DNA of 64,000 nt from Amoebidium appalachense (taxonomy: Eukaryota > Protista > Ichthyosporea), in NCBI GenBank assembly GCA_963693365.1, contig CAVNZM010000004.1:6264564-6328563 (forward strand), in the 5' to 3' direction. The notes beneath the pieces are model-generated. The model saw only the letters and a list, made by a program, of their open reading frames with translations, made no database searches and had not been told where the DNA came from. Shown here piece after piece: positions 25,956-40,387 of the stretch (the stretch's first letter is position 1; each line of letters starts with the position of its first letter). Made by a program: the position numbers and the translations under genes.

Positions 25956-26273
25956 TTGGTGTAGATATTTTACTTGCACATTGCGCATGGGTGTTTGCAT
26001 ATGTGCCCACAGACCTGACCAGCATGCATGGATGCGGTCAATCGCAATGCGGACCACAGCCGCATTGACTGACCTTGAACTTAGTCACTAGTGAATAGAT
26101 ATTGAAGCCTACATATGTAGCTACTGCATATAACAATGATTCATTAATGCATTACTCCCTTCAGCTTTGTATTGGGCCGCTGAAGCTGAGTTTTTTTGTT
26201 TTCTTTCTTTCTTTCTTTCTTTCTTTTCAAGTTTTTTTTTTTTTTTTCTTTTCTTTTTGTCTCTCCCCCCCCC

Positions 26274-26314
<41 letters not shown>

Positions 26315-26404
26315 AAAAAAAAAAATCCCCATGCATGGCCACCGCGCGCATGGGTGGGGTGGGGGGCGGGCCATGGGGGTGAAGTGGGGGAAGAGGGGGG
26401 GGGG

Positions 26405-26450
<46 letters not shown>

Positions 26451-27073
26451 CGATAGAATGTGCTGATGGGCAGGAGCTCGGGAATGCAAGGAGGTAACAT
26501 GAGTGAAGGGGGTGCTGTCTGAGTCTGCTATACTCAGTGAATCATATACGTGTACGCATACATGTTCGCATTTATAATTTATAATCTGATTTGATCATTA
26601 TGATCTAATTTATCTGATTTAATATCAGATTTATGTTGATGGCTCAGGGTACATGTGGGCACAACGTCCAAGCAGTGCATGCAATGATTCTCGGCTGCCA
26701 ATGTCCGCTGCCAGACGAAACCACGTTTGAAGACGTCAAATTTGCACAAGGCCATCATGAGGCTTTTATTGTAGTTCAGAGGCACACGACACACCGGGTT
26801 TATGGACTGCGGACTTTATTGATTGACCGGAAAGGCTGCCAGGTAACAATACATGAAGTTCAGCACCAGTTACGTTTTGCTCGGTCGTGGACTTGCCCCG
26901 GAATCCGATAGTACACTGTGATGCGATATTTGTGCCGTCACCGTGCGTACAATCTGATACCGGCTGAACTATGCATGTGGTTCTTTCTATTTTTGCACCT
27001 AGAAACACACTTGGTAGTAAAAGCTCAACTTGAAGTACATAGTATCACATAGATAGTACTAGAGAGAGAGAGA

Positions 27074-27104
<31 letters not shown>

Positions 27105-27137
27105 CCTCGGAGAGAGAGGGGGAGAGAGAGTGTGTGA

Positions 27138-27239
<102 letters not shown>

Positions 27240-27532
27240 GGGGGGGGGGGGGGGAAGAGAGAGATACACACACACAGAGAGAGAGAGGGGGGGGGGAGAG
27301 AGAGAGATAGAGAGATGTACATATGGCACCATATTCACACACCACGCACACGCGAAAGCATGCCCAGACACACACACAAACGCATTGGTGCACACGCGCA
27401 TATACATCGACTAAATTCATACACATATCATGGCATAATATATTTACAGACGCATACGTGCACACATGACGGACACACACAGATACACGTACCCACAGAC
27501 TCGTGCACACACACGCGGGCAAACAACCCCCC

Positions 27533-27563
<31 letters not shown>

Positions 27564-28301
27564 ACAATGTGCACACGCCGCCGTGGTATGATATGTATGC
27601 AATTTGAAAGCCACATGTGCCCCCAGCTGTCAGAACCACCATTGATTGGACCTTGTTTGTGTACCGAGATCAATGTTTAAAGTCTTGTTTGAGATGGCTG
27701 CCCTTTACCTAGCATAGTCGACTTCCGAAAGTTTCATAAGAAGAGAAGCCCCCCCCCCCCCCCCCCCCCCCCCCCCGGGGGGACACAACCCACCCCAAGT
27801 AAAATTTTATGATCATTGAGGCTATGGTCTCTGAAAAATTTGAGCCCCTATTTTCAAAGTACCCATGATCTTAATTTCAGTCACCCCCTGTAAATGAGCC
27901 TTCTGATCTCATCTGCCTAGATTTGTAAATTGAAACCCCACGGAGTCTTTCGTCTGCTTTCTGGTAGCAAATATTTCTGTATGCATTTTACCGTCGCAAG
28001 GTTTCGCAGAATAAGTATGAGGATTTCCCAGGCAGAAGGGAGCCATGGAACAAAGATGCGAAGTCTTATTCCAGTCCAAAGGATTGGCACGGTATCAATA
28101 TGTGTGGGCACGGCACCGCAAGAACACCCGTTGGCGGTGAATTATCCTCCCCACACCGTTTACCTGTATGGTAGGCTGTAGTGGTGTTATGGATAGAGGT
28201 GGTGGCCACCAGTGGCGCCTCCATGATCAGGAAATGTTTTTTTTTTTTTTTTCCAAGCCCCCTTTTTTTTTGTGGGTGGGTGGGGTTTTTTTTTTTTTTT
28301 T

Positions 28302-28346
<45 letters not shown>

Positions 28347-28491
28347 ATCGATGGTATACTTTGCATACCATACGTAGGCTACATTATGATCCCTGTGTGA
28401 AAGAAAACAACTTCATGCTAATATTAGTATGTATACGTCATGATGTTTTATTTTAGTTTTTTATTTGATTATTTACCATTTTTATGGGACA

Positions 28492-28527
<36 letters not shown>

Positions 28528-29163
28528 TATATATCCAAGTAATATATTGTTTGCTGATCATAAAGATGCAAACATTGTCGTAAAAATAATGATTATCGTG
28601 AATACAGTTGTGAATGGCAACGATGTCATAATGGCTCGGCAGTTTCGAACTGCCCTTTTTTTTTTATTAACATTCTATACAGCTTGCTAATACTATGCGA
28701 GTAGTAAAGTTTCTATTGCAACTCACTTACTCAATACTTCACAAGTTGTTATTCCAACTCAATACTTCACATATATTTCAGGTGACTGTTGGTTATGTAT
28801 TTATATACATATACACAAATTGAACACATCACGGTCTTGCATTGCAGCATTCATCACATCAATTATTCACATGTACATCCTGTTGAACTATGCAAAGACG
28901 GTGGTCTGCCGGTTGGTGGTCGGTGGTCTGGTCTGACGTTAAAACTTCACATTTTTAAACTAGCACACACAGTAATTACAGCCTGTATAAATACATAAAT
29001 TGTGGTAGATGGTTATGCATGCTGTTCACCTGATCATGATCATGGAAGGTTACCTGCTACATACAAAAGATATTACAATACTGATACTGCGCCCAAATCA
29101 TTCATATAATGCAATCTTCAAAATTCTCAAACCAGACCACTATCAATGCTACAATTTAGAAGG

Positions 29164-29524
29164 CTACGCGGGGTTAATGATCTCGCAGAATACCGGCAGC
29201 TCCCCGCTGCATGTGTTTGGGTTCATGTTGTTCCACCGGATGCACGTCTTCCCGGTCTCATAGGCCAGCCAAGTATAATCGTTGCAGCGATTTGCAATCA
29301 TCCTGTCTGACCTTGCCTCCTGGAACACTGTGGTGGTGTGGGGATGGAGGTTTGTCAGTCACTCAGGGTAGCTGTGATATTATTTCAAGAGATATAGAGG
29401 AAGGGGAGGCTTGGAATATCACCCGGAAGGTTGTAATGTGAGTGGGTATAGACAGACCACGGTTCCTTTTTCAACCAGTGGCAGAGAGGGAAAGTGATGG
29501 TGGTCGTGGTGTGTGTGAGTGTTT

Positions 29525-29566
<42 letters not shown>

Positions 29567-30119
29567 CGGTGAGAAGGTGTACACCTGTGGTGGGAAGCGG
29601 GGAGGGGGTCACCGTGGGGAGGGGGGGGGGGGGGGGGGAAGGGGGGGGGGGGGGGGGGAGGGGGGGAGGGGGGAGGGGAGGGAGGGGGATCGACAAGATA
29701 GAAACCAGGGGTCGAGAAGCTGGGTCGAGAAGGTGTGTGTAAGAAGAAAAGAAGGGACATCATATTGTACGAGCAGCCTAAATTGCCAAGGTGTGGGCTG
29801 GGTTGGGTTGGGTTGGATTGAGGTTTTGTTTTCTATTTTTCTTTTTTCTTTTTTTTTTCGTCAGGGGCCGGGGGGAGGGGGGAGGGGGGAAGGGGGGGGG
29901 GGGGGGGGGGGGGGGGGGGAGTATTACGTTTCACAGAGCCGCCAGGTGGTGAGATTTCAGCGAGGGTGACCTGAGCAAGTTGGCCCCCATAGACCTGGCA
30001 GGCGGCATTTGCTTGGGACCGGGGCACAGATTTGGACGTGACGAAGTAGAGGATCGATGGGTTGCCTGTGTACAGCCAACTGGTGCATACTGTGTGTGGA
30101 GGGGGGAGGGGAGGGGGGG

Positions 30120-30154
<35 letters not shown>

Positions 30155-30263
30155 CAGGGGGTAGGGCGGAGGAGGAGTAGAGTGTTAGCAGAAGCGGTGT
30201 GGTGCCAGAATCAGAAACATTTAAGGGGTAGGAGGGGATGGGGTGACGTTTTTTTTTTTTTTT

Positions 30264-30302
<39 letters not shown>

Positions 30303-30868
30303 AAGGGGGGAGGGGGGAGGGTGGGGGGTGGGGGGGGGGGTGGGGGGGGAGGGACTTGGGCTTCTGGTTTTTCATGTGGATAAGGGAGATAGTGTTGGGA
30401 ACTTGAAGTGGTGTTGCTTGGAAGAGAAAAAAGGGCCGGAGGGGCGAATTTCGGGAAGTGGGGTGAGGAGTCGGGGGAGGGGAGCAAGGGCCGAGGTAAA
30501 AAGGGGCAGAATAGGGCACGCCAGGCAGAGGGGTTTGTGGGGATGGGGTTCAGAATCATACCACAAGTGCAATCGGTGGTTTGCTGCAGTTGCTCTGTGC
30601 CGGTGCATGGGGTGGGGCTGGATGTACGGGTGCGGGTACGCTGGCCGCAGGACCCACTGGTGGTGACGGGGCAGGCAGACCACGTGCTCCAGGCAGAGTA
30701 GGTGCATGCTGCGTGGTGATTGGTTGTTAGATGGGCTGGAATGTGGTATGGAATGTGAGGATGGGAGGGAGTGAGGCCGAGGGAATTGAAATGGATAGGT
30801 GGAGGTGGAGGGGGAAAGGCGAGGGGAGAGAGGAAAGGAGACCGTAGGTGGGTGGGTGGGTGGGTGGG

Positions 30869-30909
<41 letters not shown>

Positions 30910-31457
30910 GGGTGGTACCATGTGGGAGCCAGTCAGTCAAGACTAGTTGTGGGTTCGACATTTTTTTCTTTTCTTTATTTTTTTTTTGTTGGGGGGAGGG
31001 GGGGTGGGAAGGGGGTGGGGGATGGGGGGCATGGGGGGGGGTTGGGGGGGCACTTACGGCATGGCTGTGTGTTGCAGGGTATGGACTGGGTGGGGTTGCC
31101 CGTGCACGATTGGCCGCCGTTCTGTGCAGGGGTTTGGGTGCGGGACTGCGTGAGGGTGCCGCTCCCACATGTTGTGCTGCAGCTGCCGACATTGGCCCAG
31201 GCAGACCACGTGCAGTCCACAGCTGATATAGAAGTGGGGGTCAACACGGGTACAAGGGGGAAAGGTGTTGTATATAGTATACCAACTACCTCCATATGTA
31301 TCCAGGACGATTCAATGATTCTTGGTTTTTGATTGAAGTAAAAGCATGAGGCGCTGGGTCACTGATGCCGATGAAGGAATCTAGGTGGAAGAGGGCTGAG
31401 AGGTGGTGATAGTGTGTGAAGGAAGCCCCCGGGGGCGGAGGGTGGGGTGAGTGGAGT

Positions 31458-31490
<33 letters not shown>

Positions 31491-31943
31491 TTGGGATGAA
31501 GGGGGAGGGGGGGAGGGGGGGGGGAACTTACGGCATGGCTGTGTGTTGCAGGGTAAGGATTGGGTGGGGCTGCCGCTGCACGATTGGCCGCCGTTCTGTG
31601 CGGGTGTTTGGGTGCGGGTCTGCGTGATGGAGCCGACCCCACATGTTTTGCTGCAGCTGCCGACATTGGCCCAGGCAGACCACGTGCAGTCCACCGCTAT
31701 AGAGGGGGAGTGGGTGTGGGTGTGGGTGTGGGCGGGGCTATTTGATTGTGGCTCATATTTTGATCCAATCTCCATACAACCGCAAAATGAGTCTGCTAGA
31801 CATGTCTGTCTGTGGGAAAGAGGGAGGGGGAGGGGTGGAGGAGGGTTGAGGGACGGCGATGACATTTTTTCTTGTATGGTAGGCAAAATGTGACGGGAGC
31901 GGTCAAAGTGTTTTTTGGGGGGTGTGGTAAAAGTGTTTTTTTT

Positions 31944-32012
<69 letters not shown>

Positions 32013-32800
32013 GGGCACGGGACACATACGGCATCCCTGTGTGTTGCAGGGGATGGGCCGTGTTGCATCTCCACTGCACGATTGGCCGCCGTTCTGTGCG
32101 GGGGTTTGGGTGCGTGTCTGCGTGAGGGAGCCGGTCCCACATGTTTTGCTGCAGCTGCCGACATTGGCCCAATCCGACCACGTGCAATCCACGGCTAGGG
32201 GGAGCAACTGTGTTAGTACATAACTCAACCGCCACAACCAGGCCACTTCTTTTCTATCCATATTGGGGTGCTTAGGAATGCAAACACTCCTTGGCAATCT
32301 ACAAAAAGGTTAAAATTCACCACATGTGCTTAGACGTTACAGACGCTGATTGTTCCTAAGTACTTACGGCAGGGCGTGCCTTGGCACTGGCGGGTGTCTG
32401 GGGATGTTGGGCACGGGTCGCCTCCGTTCTGGGCCGGGGTGGTGACTGTGAAGGTGCGGCTCTGCCTGGCAGTGGCGCCACAGGCCGCAGGGCAGGCAGA
32501 CCAATCCCCCCACGTGCCCTGGCAGCTGATCGGGTCTGCTGCAATTCGTGTGAGTCAGATGTCAGGGGTGTTTGATGGTTACCGTAGGGGGGAGGGGGGG
32601 GGGGGGGGAGGCCCTGGGGGAGGGGGGAGGGGGTAGGGAGGGGTATAGGTAAAAAGGGGACCTGTCACAGGAACCAAACTTTCAGCGAGCAGGTTCCAGC
32701 AGTCAAAGGGGAATGGCGGAGAAGGGGACCCGGTATCATTGGTGGAGGCAGTCTGACTGAAGGAGGGATAGAAAGTTTTGGAAGGAGTTGTGTGTGGGGG

Positions 32801-32835
<35 letters not shown>

Positions 32836-34662
32836 GGGAGGGTATAAAATACTTACGGCATGCCTGTGTGTTGCAGGGTAGAGACTGGGTGTCGTCACCA
32901 GTGCACGTTTGGCCGCCGTTCTGTGCGGGGGTTTGGGTGCGGGTCTGTGTGAGGGAACCGGTCCCACATGTTTTGCTGCAGCTGCCGACATTGTCCCAAT
33001 CAGACCACGTGCAATCCACCGCTGGGGGAGGGGTAAAGATGTTTTGTTAAAGAACTTCATATAAAATGGATGCAACATCTTATCCCAGTGATTAGCAGAG
33101 ACATGCACACACATGTGAATGGTTTGACGGCTATTTCAGACGCAATCCGGGACCGTATCCATTGTACTCAGGCTCGTGCACGTGGAGGCCAATGACAAAC
33201 TTTGATAAGCCCCAATAGATCAAACCACTGTAGCACTGCAGAACCATTTGCAAAAAGGATCATTTTGTTGGACCAGGCCTGATTCCGATTGGATATCTAA
33301 ATCAACCGGAAAGCTATGAAATCCAGCTGCAGGCAGGGAGGGGTGGAGGGGGGGGGTGGCTTACGGCATCCTTGTGTGTTGCAGGGCACGGACTGTGTGT
33401 CGTCACCAGTGCACGGTTGGCCGCCGTTCTGTGCAGGGGTTTGGGTGCGGGTCTGCGTGAGGGAGCCGGTCCCACATGTTTTGCTGCAGCTGCCGACATT
33501 GTCCCAGGCAGACCACGTGCAGTCCACCGCTGGGAGGGGCAGCATGTCAGACAAGGTGAACATCATCTCGCCGTGGGACCACCACATGCACTTGCATGCA
33601 GCAGCTAGCAACATATCTACCAATTCAACATTTCAATCCTTTTTTGCTGTGTGTGTATACCGTATGATGCAACCACACGCTGTCAGGATCATGCACATTT
33701 GTGTGCCTCCAACAACAAACCATTGCCACTCTCAAGTACTTACGGCAGGGAGGGCCCTGGCACTGGCGGGTGTCTGGGGATGTAGGGCACGGGTCTCCCC
33801 CGGCCTGGGCTGGAATGCTGACGGTGAAAGTGCGGCTCTGGCTGGCAGTGGCCCCACAGGCCGCAGGGCAGGCAGACCAATCCCCCCATGCGCCCTGGCA
33901 GCTGATTGGGTCCGCTGCAGTTTTGTGGGTGGAGAAGAGGGAAGTAGGGAGCATATGCATGCACATTTCAGTATATTTATGGCAAAGGACTTTAGTCTCA
34001 TATGCACTGTGACCAAGATTGAAAACCCAAAAACAGATTTCACTAGGATACGGCGGAGTTAAGATGTGCCATGCCAACTTCGGGATAGGCAGGGGTGGTA
34101 ATTACTAGTTGGACAGTAGCCAGGAGGGGAGGGAGGTGCTGACACTTACCACATCCCTGTGTGTTGCAAGGCAGGGACTGTGTGTCATCACCAGTGCACG
34201 GTTGGCCACCGTTCTGTGCGGGTGTTTGGGTGCGGGTCTGCGTAAGGGAGCCGGTCCCACATGTTTTGCTGCAGCTGCCGACGTTGTCCCAGGCAGACCA
34301 CGTGCATTCAATGGCTGGGAGAATGCATATTTGTTATGGGCCGCCTGGCATGCCTTCTCATTATACTATACTTGTCTAGTGTCAGCACCTCATACGTACC
34401 CCGGGGTGTTTAAAGAACCGTAAAAAAAGCAAGGGCCATAAATGGCTTATGGTTGTACTCCTTATTGTGCCCTGGGCATATAATGGTGGGGGAAACGGTT
34501 CGGTAAGTGTTGAAAGGTGGTTTTGTTGACGGTGAAGGGGTGTTTCGTGGTATATATACTCAGTAGTCTCTCTCTCTCTCGGAGTGTGTGTATTTGTGTC
34601 TGTGTGTGTGTGTGTGTATGTATGTGTGTGTGTGTGTGTGTATGTATGTGTGTGTGTGTGTA

Positions 34663-34745
<83 letters not shown>

Positions 34746-37700
34746 TTAAAGGAAGTGTGAAAGGAGGAAGGGCGAGGGAGGGGCACTTACGGCATGCCTG
34801 TGTGTTGCAGGGTAAGGACTGTGTGTTGTCACCAGTGCACGATTGACCGCCGTTCTGTGCGGGGGTTTGGGTGCGGGTCTGTGTGAGGGAGCCGGTCCCA
34901 CATGTTTTGCTGCAGCTGCCGACATTGGTCCAGGCAGACCACGTGCAATCCACCGCTGAGGGGGAGAAGCATGTTATAAAAAGCCAAGTTGAACACCTGT
35001 ACAATGCAATGCACTCAATATCCCGGAGGCATTAATAAGGGTTCTAAGGATTAGGACTGGTGCTTCCAACTTTGAAACATGGAACTTGTGGAAACCACAA
35101 CTTGTTTTCGCTGCTAAGCAACTGAGGAAACAACAAGACATCCTCCTTCTTTGCTGAACCGTATTGCTCACACAAGATTATCATCTAACCACAAACCGAG
35201 CTGTTGCATGGCATGTACATGCGCACACATTTGGGACTTACGGCATGGCGGGCCCTGGCACTGGCGGGTGTCTGGGGATGTGGGGCACGGTTCACCGCCA
35301 GCCAGGGCCGGGGTGGTGACGGTGAAGGTGCGGCTCTGGCTGGCAGTGGCGCCACAGGCTGCAGGGCACACGGACCAATCTCCCCACGTGCCCTGACAAC
35401 CGATCGGGTCCGCTATATTGGGGGGGAAAGGGGGGGGGGGGGGGGGGGGGGGGGGACGGGGAGGAGGGGGGAAGGGGGATAGGAGGTATGGGGGAGGTAT
35501 GTAAGTATATCGTAAAATAAGAAAATGTTGCCTTGGCATTCCATCAGTGGTCTGGGTGACGTGTGCACGTATTTATGTGTACATGAGGAGTGGGATGCAG
35601 GGACAGGCCCTGGGGCACTTGCGGGGAGTAGGGAGGAGGAGAAAGGAGAGGAGATGAATGGGCGCTACAGGGGGTGGATGTTGGCTGGGGGATGGGGGGG
35701 GGAGGGGGGGGGGGGAGGGGGGGGGAAGAGGGCACTTACGGCATCCCTGTGTGTTGCAGGGGATAGGACGTGTCGCGTCACCAGAGCAAGGCCGACCGCC
35801 ATTCTGTGCGGGTGTTTTGGTGCGGGTCTGCGTGATGGAGCCGGTCCCACATGTTTTGCTGCAGCTGCCGACATTGGCCCAGGCAGACCACGTGCAGTCC
35901 ACAGCTGTTGAAAGGGAGTGGGTGTGAGCGTGTGGGTGTGAGTGTGTGTGTGTGGGTGAATGAGTGAACGTGTGTGTGTGTGTGTGTGTGTCTGTATGTA
36001 TGTCTGTGTGCATGTGTGTGTGTGTGTGTGTGTGCAGTGCCACACGTGAAAGCATCTTTGTGTGTGTGTTTTTTCCTTCTCTATTCTTTCCTTTCCTGCT
36101 TCTTCTTCTTCTTCTTTTTTTTTTTTGGGTGGGGTAGGGGGGATGGTGGGGAGTGAGGGGAGGAGAGGGAGAAGGGGACGGGAGTCACTGTGGCTCTAAC
36201 TTCGGAACCCTGATACATATATTACTGTAGTGCTTAGCCACACACTGTGATGTCCTGTTTGTAAGTGAGTGTAGTCATGCTTGGTGGAGGCAGAAGGGTT
36301 ACTTACGGCATGCTGGGGTGTTGCAAGGAACAGTGCGGGAGTCCTCGCCCACGCAGGCAGTGCCGCCGTTCCTTGGTGTGCCGCTCCTTGTGCGTGTCTG
36401 GCTGATCACACCGCCCCCACACGTCTTGCTGCACGTACCAACAGATGCCCATGCCGACCACTGGCAGCTTACCACTGGGGCAAGAGCTGGGTGCAGGGAG
36501 GGAATTTTACGGTCAGATCAAGATCCTGAGGCGGCGGGATTCGTTTTTCTTCTTTTCCCATTTTTCTCTCTTTCCAGGAGGTGGTCGGTCATAGCGTGCT
36601 ATGTACTGCCATACACATTATTCAAGTTGTTAGTTTTCACGCTTTCTTCACTGTTCGTGCACATCATATTGATTCGTTGTTTTTGTTCCGAGAGCTGAGG
36701 CGCATATTATGTAAGAACGGACTAGAAGGCTGCGAGACTCCACACGCAGGCCCCCCTACCAACTTCCCGTACCCACCACCATCGTTCCCACCAGGACCCG
36801 GGAACCCACATCCATCTAACAGTATCAACCGCCACCTTCCATCATAGCACCCGACCAACTGCAAGCTCTACGCGTCGAATATTCAAATTCAGGGGAATGG
36901 AGGGCATGGAGGGTTGCTTACGGCATGCGGGCAGGCCACAATTAGCAACCTCCCTGCCGCTACCCACACACGGGGCACCGCCGTTGGTGGCTGGATTTTG
37001 GGTGCGGGTGCGTGTCTTGACGCCGGCAGCACCGCACGTGGCCGAACAGGGACCCCAGGCAGACCATGCGTTCCATGTGCATGCCTTGGCTGTGGGTGGG
37101 CAGGTGAGACCATGCAGCATGCAACCATTATTGAGTGGCTCCAGTTTCAACTACCGTGAGTACCGTATCCGCATCATATTTTCGATGGGTGCAGTGCACC
37201 ATTTTATAGGGGTTTTCTCAGGGTCTTCTTACTTGCTGCCTTTTCTTCCGTTTCCTTTTTCGGTGCGTGTTTTTGTGTGGTCGCACGGCGTGTGTGTGTC
37301 ACGTGTGTGTGTGTGTGCGCGCGCGCGTGTGTGTGTTGGGGGGGGGGGGGGGGGGGGGGGGGGATTAAAACTGTGTACAAAATGAGATAATTAGTTTTTT
37401 ATTTTATTTATTTATTTTTTTATTTAGAATTCGGGACTGGAAAGGATTGCGGGCCATGATACCGTAGGTGTGATCACGTGCACGTGTCATTGAGACAGGG
37501 GGGAGGGGGGAGGGTGGGGGGGGGGGGGGGGGGAATGCATACGACAGGCCTGGATAGTGCATGGTTTTGCCTGCTTGTCCGATGCAGTGCATTTTGCCCC
37601 GTAGCTTCTTGCGTAGGAGGATCGTGTGCGCACAGCAATACCAGCACCACAGGTAGTGGAGCATGCACCCCAGGCTGACCAGTCACGCCAGGCACACGGA

Positions 37701-38814
37701 TTGGTGTCTGTAGCGAAACTTAAGTTAGACTGAGATTTACAAATGCATTTGAAGACCATGCGGCCTTTTCCTTATCAATTTCTGAATTTAGGAATTTGTT
37801 TTAGTACTTGCGAATAAGTCACGCGGTGGTAATTAGATCTCAAACTGGTGTGTTCAACTGTAGTGTCAACCTGGCTGTGTATAACAACACATTCGACCAT
37901 ACATGGTGTCAGAATCTCCCCTAGGCTATCGTTTGATGTACAAATCTTGGAGTTTGCTGTGGGCAAGATTATGCTTTGCGTATTTATTTCAGTCATTGTC
38001 ATGCAGGAGTCAAACCTTCTTCAGTTCATGCGAATCATGGAACAGGGGGTCTGAGATAAAAAGTTCCAGAGCCTACTACTAGCTATATCGGATACGACAT
38101 GGGGGTAAGAGAACGAAGGGGGCGGGGAGGGGGGGACGGGGGGGACGGGGGGAAGGAGGGGGGGAGGGGGGTGGGGGGGGGGGAGGGGGGGCGGGGGGGG
38201 GGGGGGGGGGGAGGGCGGAGGGGCAGGGTATGCACTTACTGCACGCAGGCATCTGGCACGGTTTATTTTGGCGCTCAGAACCAGTGCACACAGCGTTGGC
38301 GTAGGTGGGTACTTGCACACGCATGCGGGTGGACTGGCCCTGCCCACAGCTGACAGAGCAGCCGCCCCAGGCAGACCAACTCCCCCACGCACATTCTGGA
38401 TAAGGATTAGCATCCATTGAGAGAGGTGAATGCAGCTGCTGCAGTATTCATAAAGAGTGTCGCGTGAATCCTAGTATAACATAGTGTTGGCAATGGACAT
38501 CCCCGACTTGTTAAATGTGAAACCGAAACAATAATTCAACAGCAGCTGCGCTGGTTAGTACCGATTTCACTATTACTCTGACGGCCCCGGAAGCCTTAAC
38601 TTCTGGGAAAGATTATATATGTACTGAAAGAGAAAGAGAAATTAAGAAACTTGCAGATAAGGGAAATAAAATGCTTACTTTGTGTGTCTTGTGGCTGGGT
38701 GGTGGCTCCGTAACTCCTGGACTCAGGTCGGAATGAAGGTCCCGCCAGGACTACGCTTGGGACCAGTTGCCCGAAGATGCCCACCAAGACGGCCACACGC
38801 GTACGGCAACCCAT
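29164..38814 (-). CDS. Secreted protein: signal peptide, 16 TSP1 repeats and a C-terminal C-type-lectin-like domain (TSP gene 1)
   Basis: Exon 1 at 38814-38679 (MGCRTRVAVLVGIFGQLVPSVVLA). TSP1 exons (WSxW..C..TCG..TRT..GG..C) with lower boundaries near 38240, 37542, 36921, 36307, 35740, 35242, 34791, 34151, 33744, 33365, 32857, 32368, 32030, 31532, 31058 and 30562, all phase 1-1. Then 30089-29928 (YFVTSKSVPRSQANAACQVYGGQLAQV) and 29327-29164 (W..C.RW..C..LPVFCE, TAG). Confidence 0.85.
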
Positions 38815-39786
38815 GATGCTCTCTGGGCTTTGTCGCCTAAGATTGTCGCGGAGAAGTATACCCTGTATCACGGCTGCAAGAGATTGCTGCATGGGCTACC
38901 ATCTGAAGTGTGAGGTGTACGGTATTACCTTTTTGTATTCTCCCAGATGTTCCCACAAGCTGCACGCGCAGGTTGCGTGTGTCGGGGGGAGGGGGGCGTG
39001 ATTGCCCGGACCGTGCGATAGGCCATCTGTCAGTGATGATGAATGCAGGTAGCCAATTCTGCATGTACATGTACCCATGGCTACGAGGCCGAGGCATATC
39101 ATAAGGCCCTTTACTGTATAGAAACATAGCATGGCTGAATTAATATCTACAATGTGCTTCTTTATAGCAGCAGGCCGTCTTAACAGGGCCGTGTGTGGTC
39201 ACCTGCACGCACGTGCTGCGCTTCTAAAAATTTAGATCTCACAACACGCAGCTAAGTGCTCCTATGCGTGCCCTGCAAGTCTAAATGTACCTAGGCATCG
39301 TGAGATAAAAATATGGCCACAAATTGCTGATAATGTTTGAATATGTTCATAGGGGCGCCAATTGCAAAATGCTATCAATGGATGGATGGAGATACACACC
39401 TGCAAGTGTTTGCGTTCAGTAACTTCAGTTCAACCCGAGCCAACATGATATCATGGTAATCCCAACTTCCCAAGCATAGTCAAATTCTATGAGAGTCGCA
39501 GGCTCGCAGGATCATTGGTCAATAACTTGTGTACCAATCAAACAAAGGGAAGCTTACCATATAGGGTTTTAGGCTATATTAAACTGTCCAATCATAGGCG
39601 TAGCCTCTATGCCATAAGCCTGGCCCATTCTTAGATAAGGGTCAGAATGGTTCTGGTAAATGTCCAATACACAGTCATTAGTCCTTGGTCTTTCCAGTAT
39701 TATGCATTATGAATATATAAGTAAAGTATTTAGGCCTACCATGTAATGGCCTGCTTTAGATGCGCAAGCTGCCAGGGGCATAGCGG

Positions 39787-40013
39787 CAGGCTGTGAAATT
39801 AGGGGGTTTAGGGCCAGAAAATTGTCCCTGAAAGTCCGAAAATTGTCCCTAACTTTTCGAGGTTAGGTCCATCAATTTCTAAAAATTTGGCCCTAGCAGG
39901 GCCAAATATATTCGAAATTGGCACCTAAAAACGGTTGTTGGCTCTATTAGGGCTATCCAGGCTGTTGGAAGGCTGCCAAAACGGTACTAGCCTAAAACAA
40001 ATTTCACACCCTG
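39787..40013. mobile_element. hAT-type MITE (227 bp)
   Basis: 14-bp TIRs CAGGCTGTGAAATT / AATTTCACACCCTG with one mismatch; 8-bp TSD CATAGCGG at 39779-39786 and 40014-40021; no ORF. Confidence 0.85.
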
Positions 40014-40347
40014 CATAGCGGCTGTAGCGTGCGCCTTATCATTCATCTGGCTAGTTGATTGGATGGTCGCCTATGATCTGTGTACACTAATTAGATCTAT
40101 GATCTATCTCTCCGGAGATCCTGGTCACGGCCCTCTTTTTTTCAGAGGGCCGTGTCCTGGTCCTCATCCGAGTGCCAAGATCCGTCCATGATATTTAGCA
40201 AATGAAACACCGGAAGAACTTCCAGCTCAGCAGTCAGGCGGCGCCAGAGTCTGACTGAGCAAGAGGGGTGGGTGGGTGGGTGGTGGTGGTGGTGGTGGTG
40301 GTGGTGGTGGTGGTGGTGGTAATGGTGGTGGTGGTGGTGGTGGTGGT

Positions 40348-40387
<40 letters not shown>

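Noticed and set aside
26560-27010. Complex-sequence island with short ORFs on both strands
   Set aside because: No recognisable motif, interrupted frames and no convincing splice-site chain; may be a decayed gene or TE fragment but cannot be supported.
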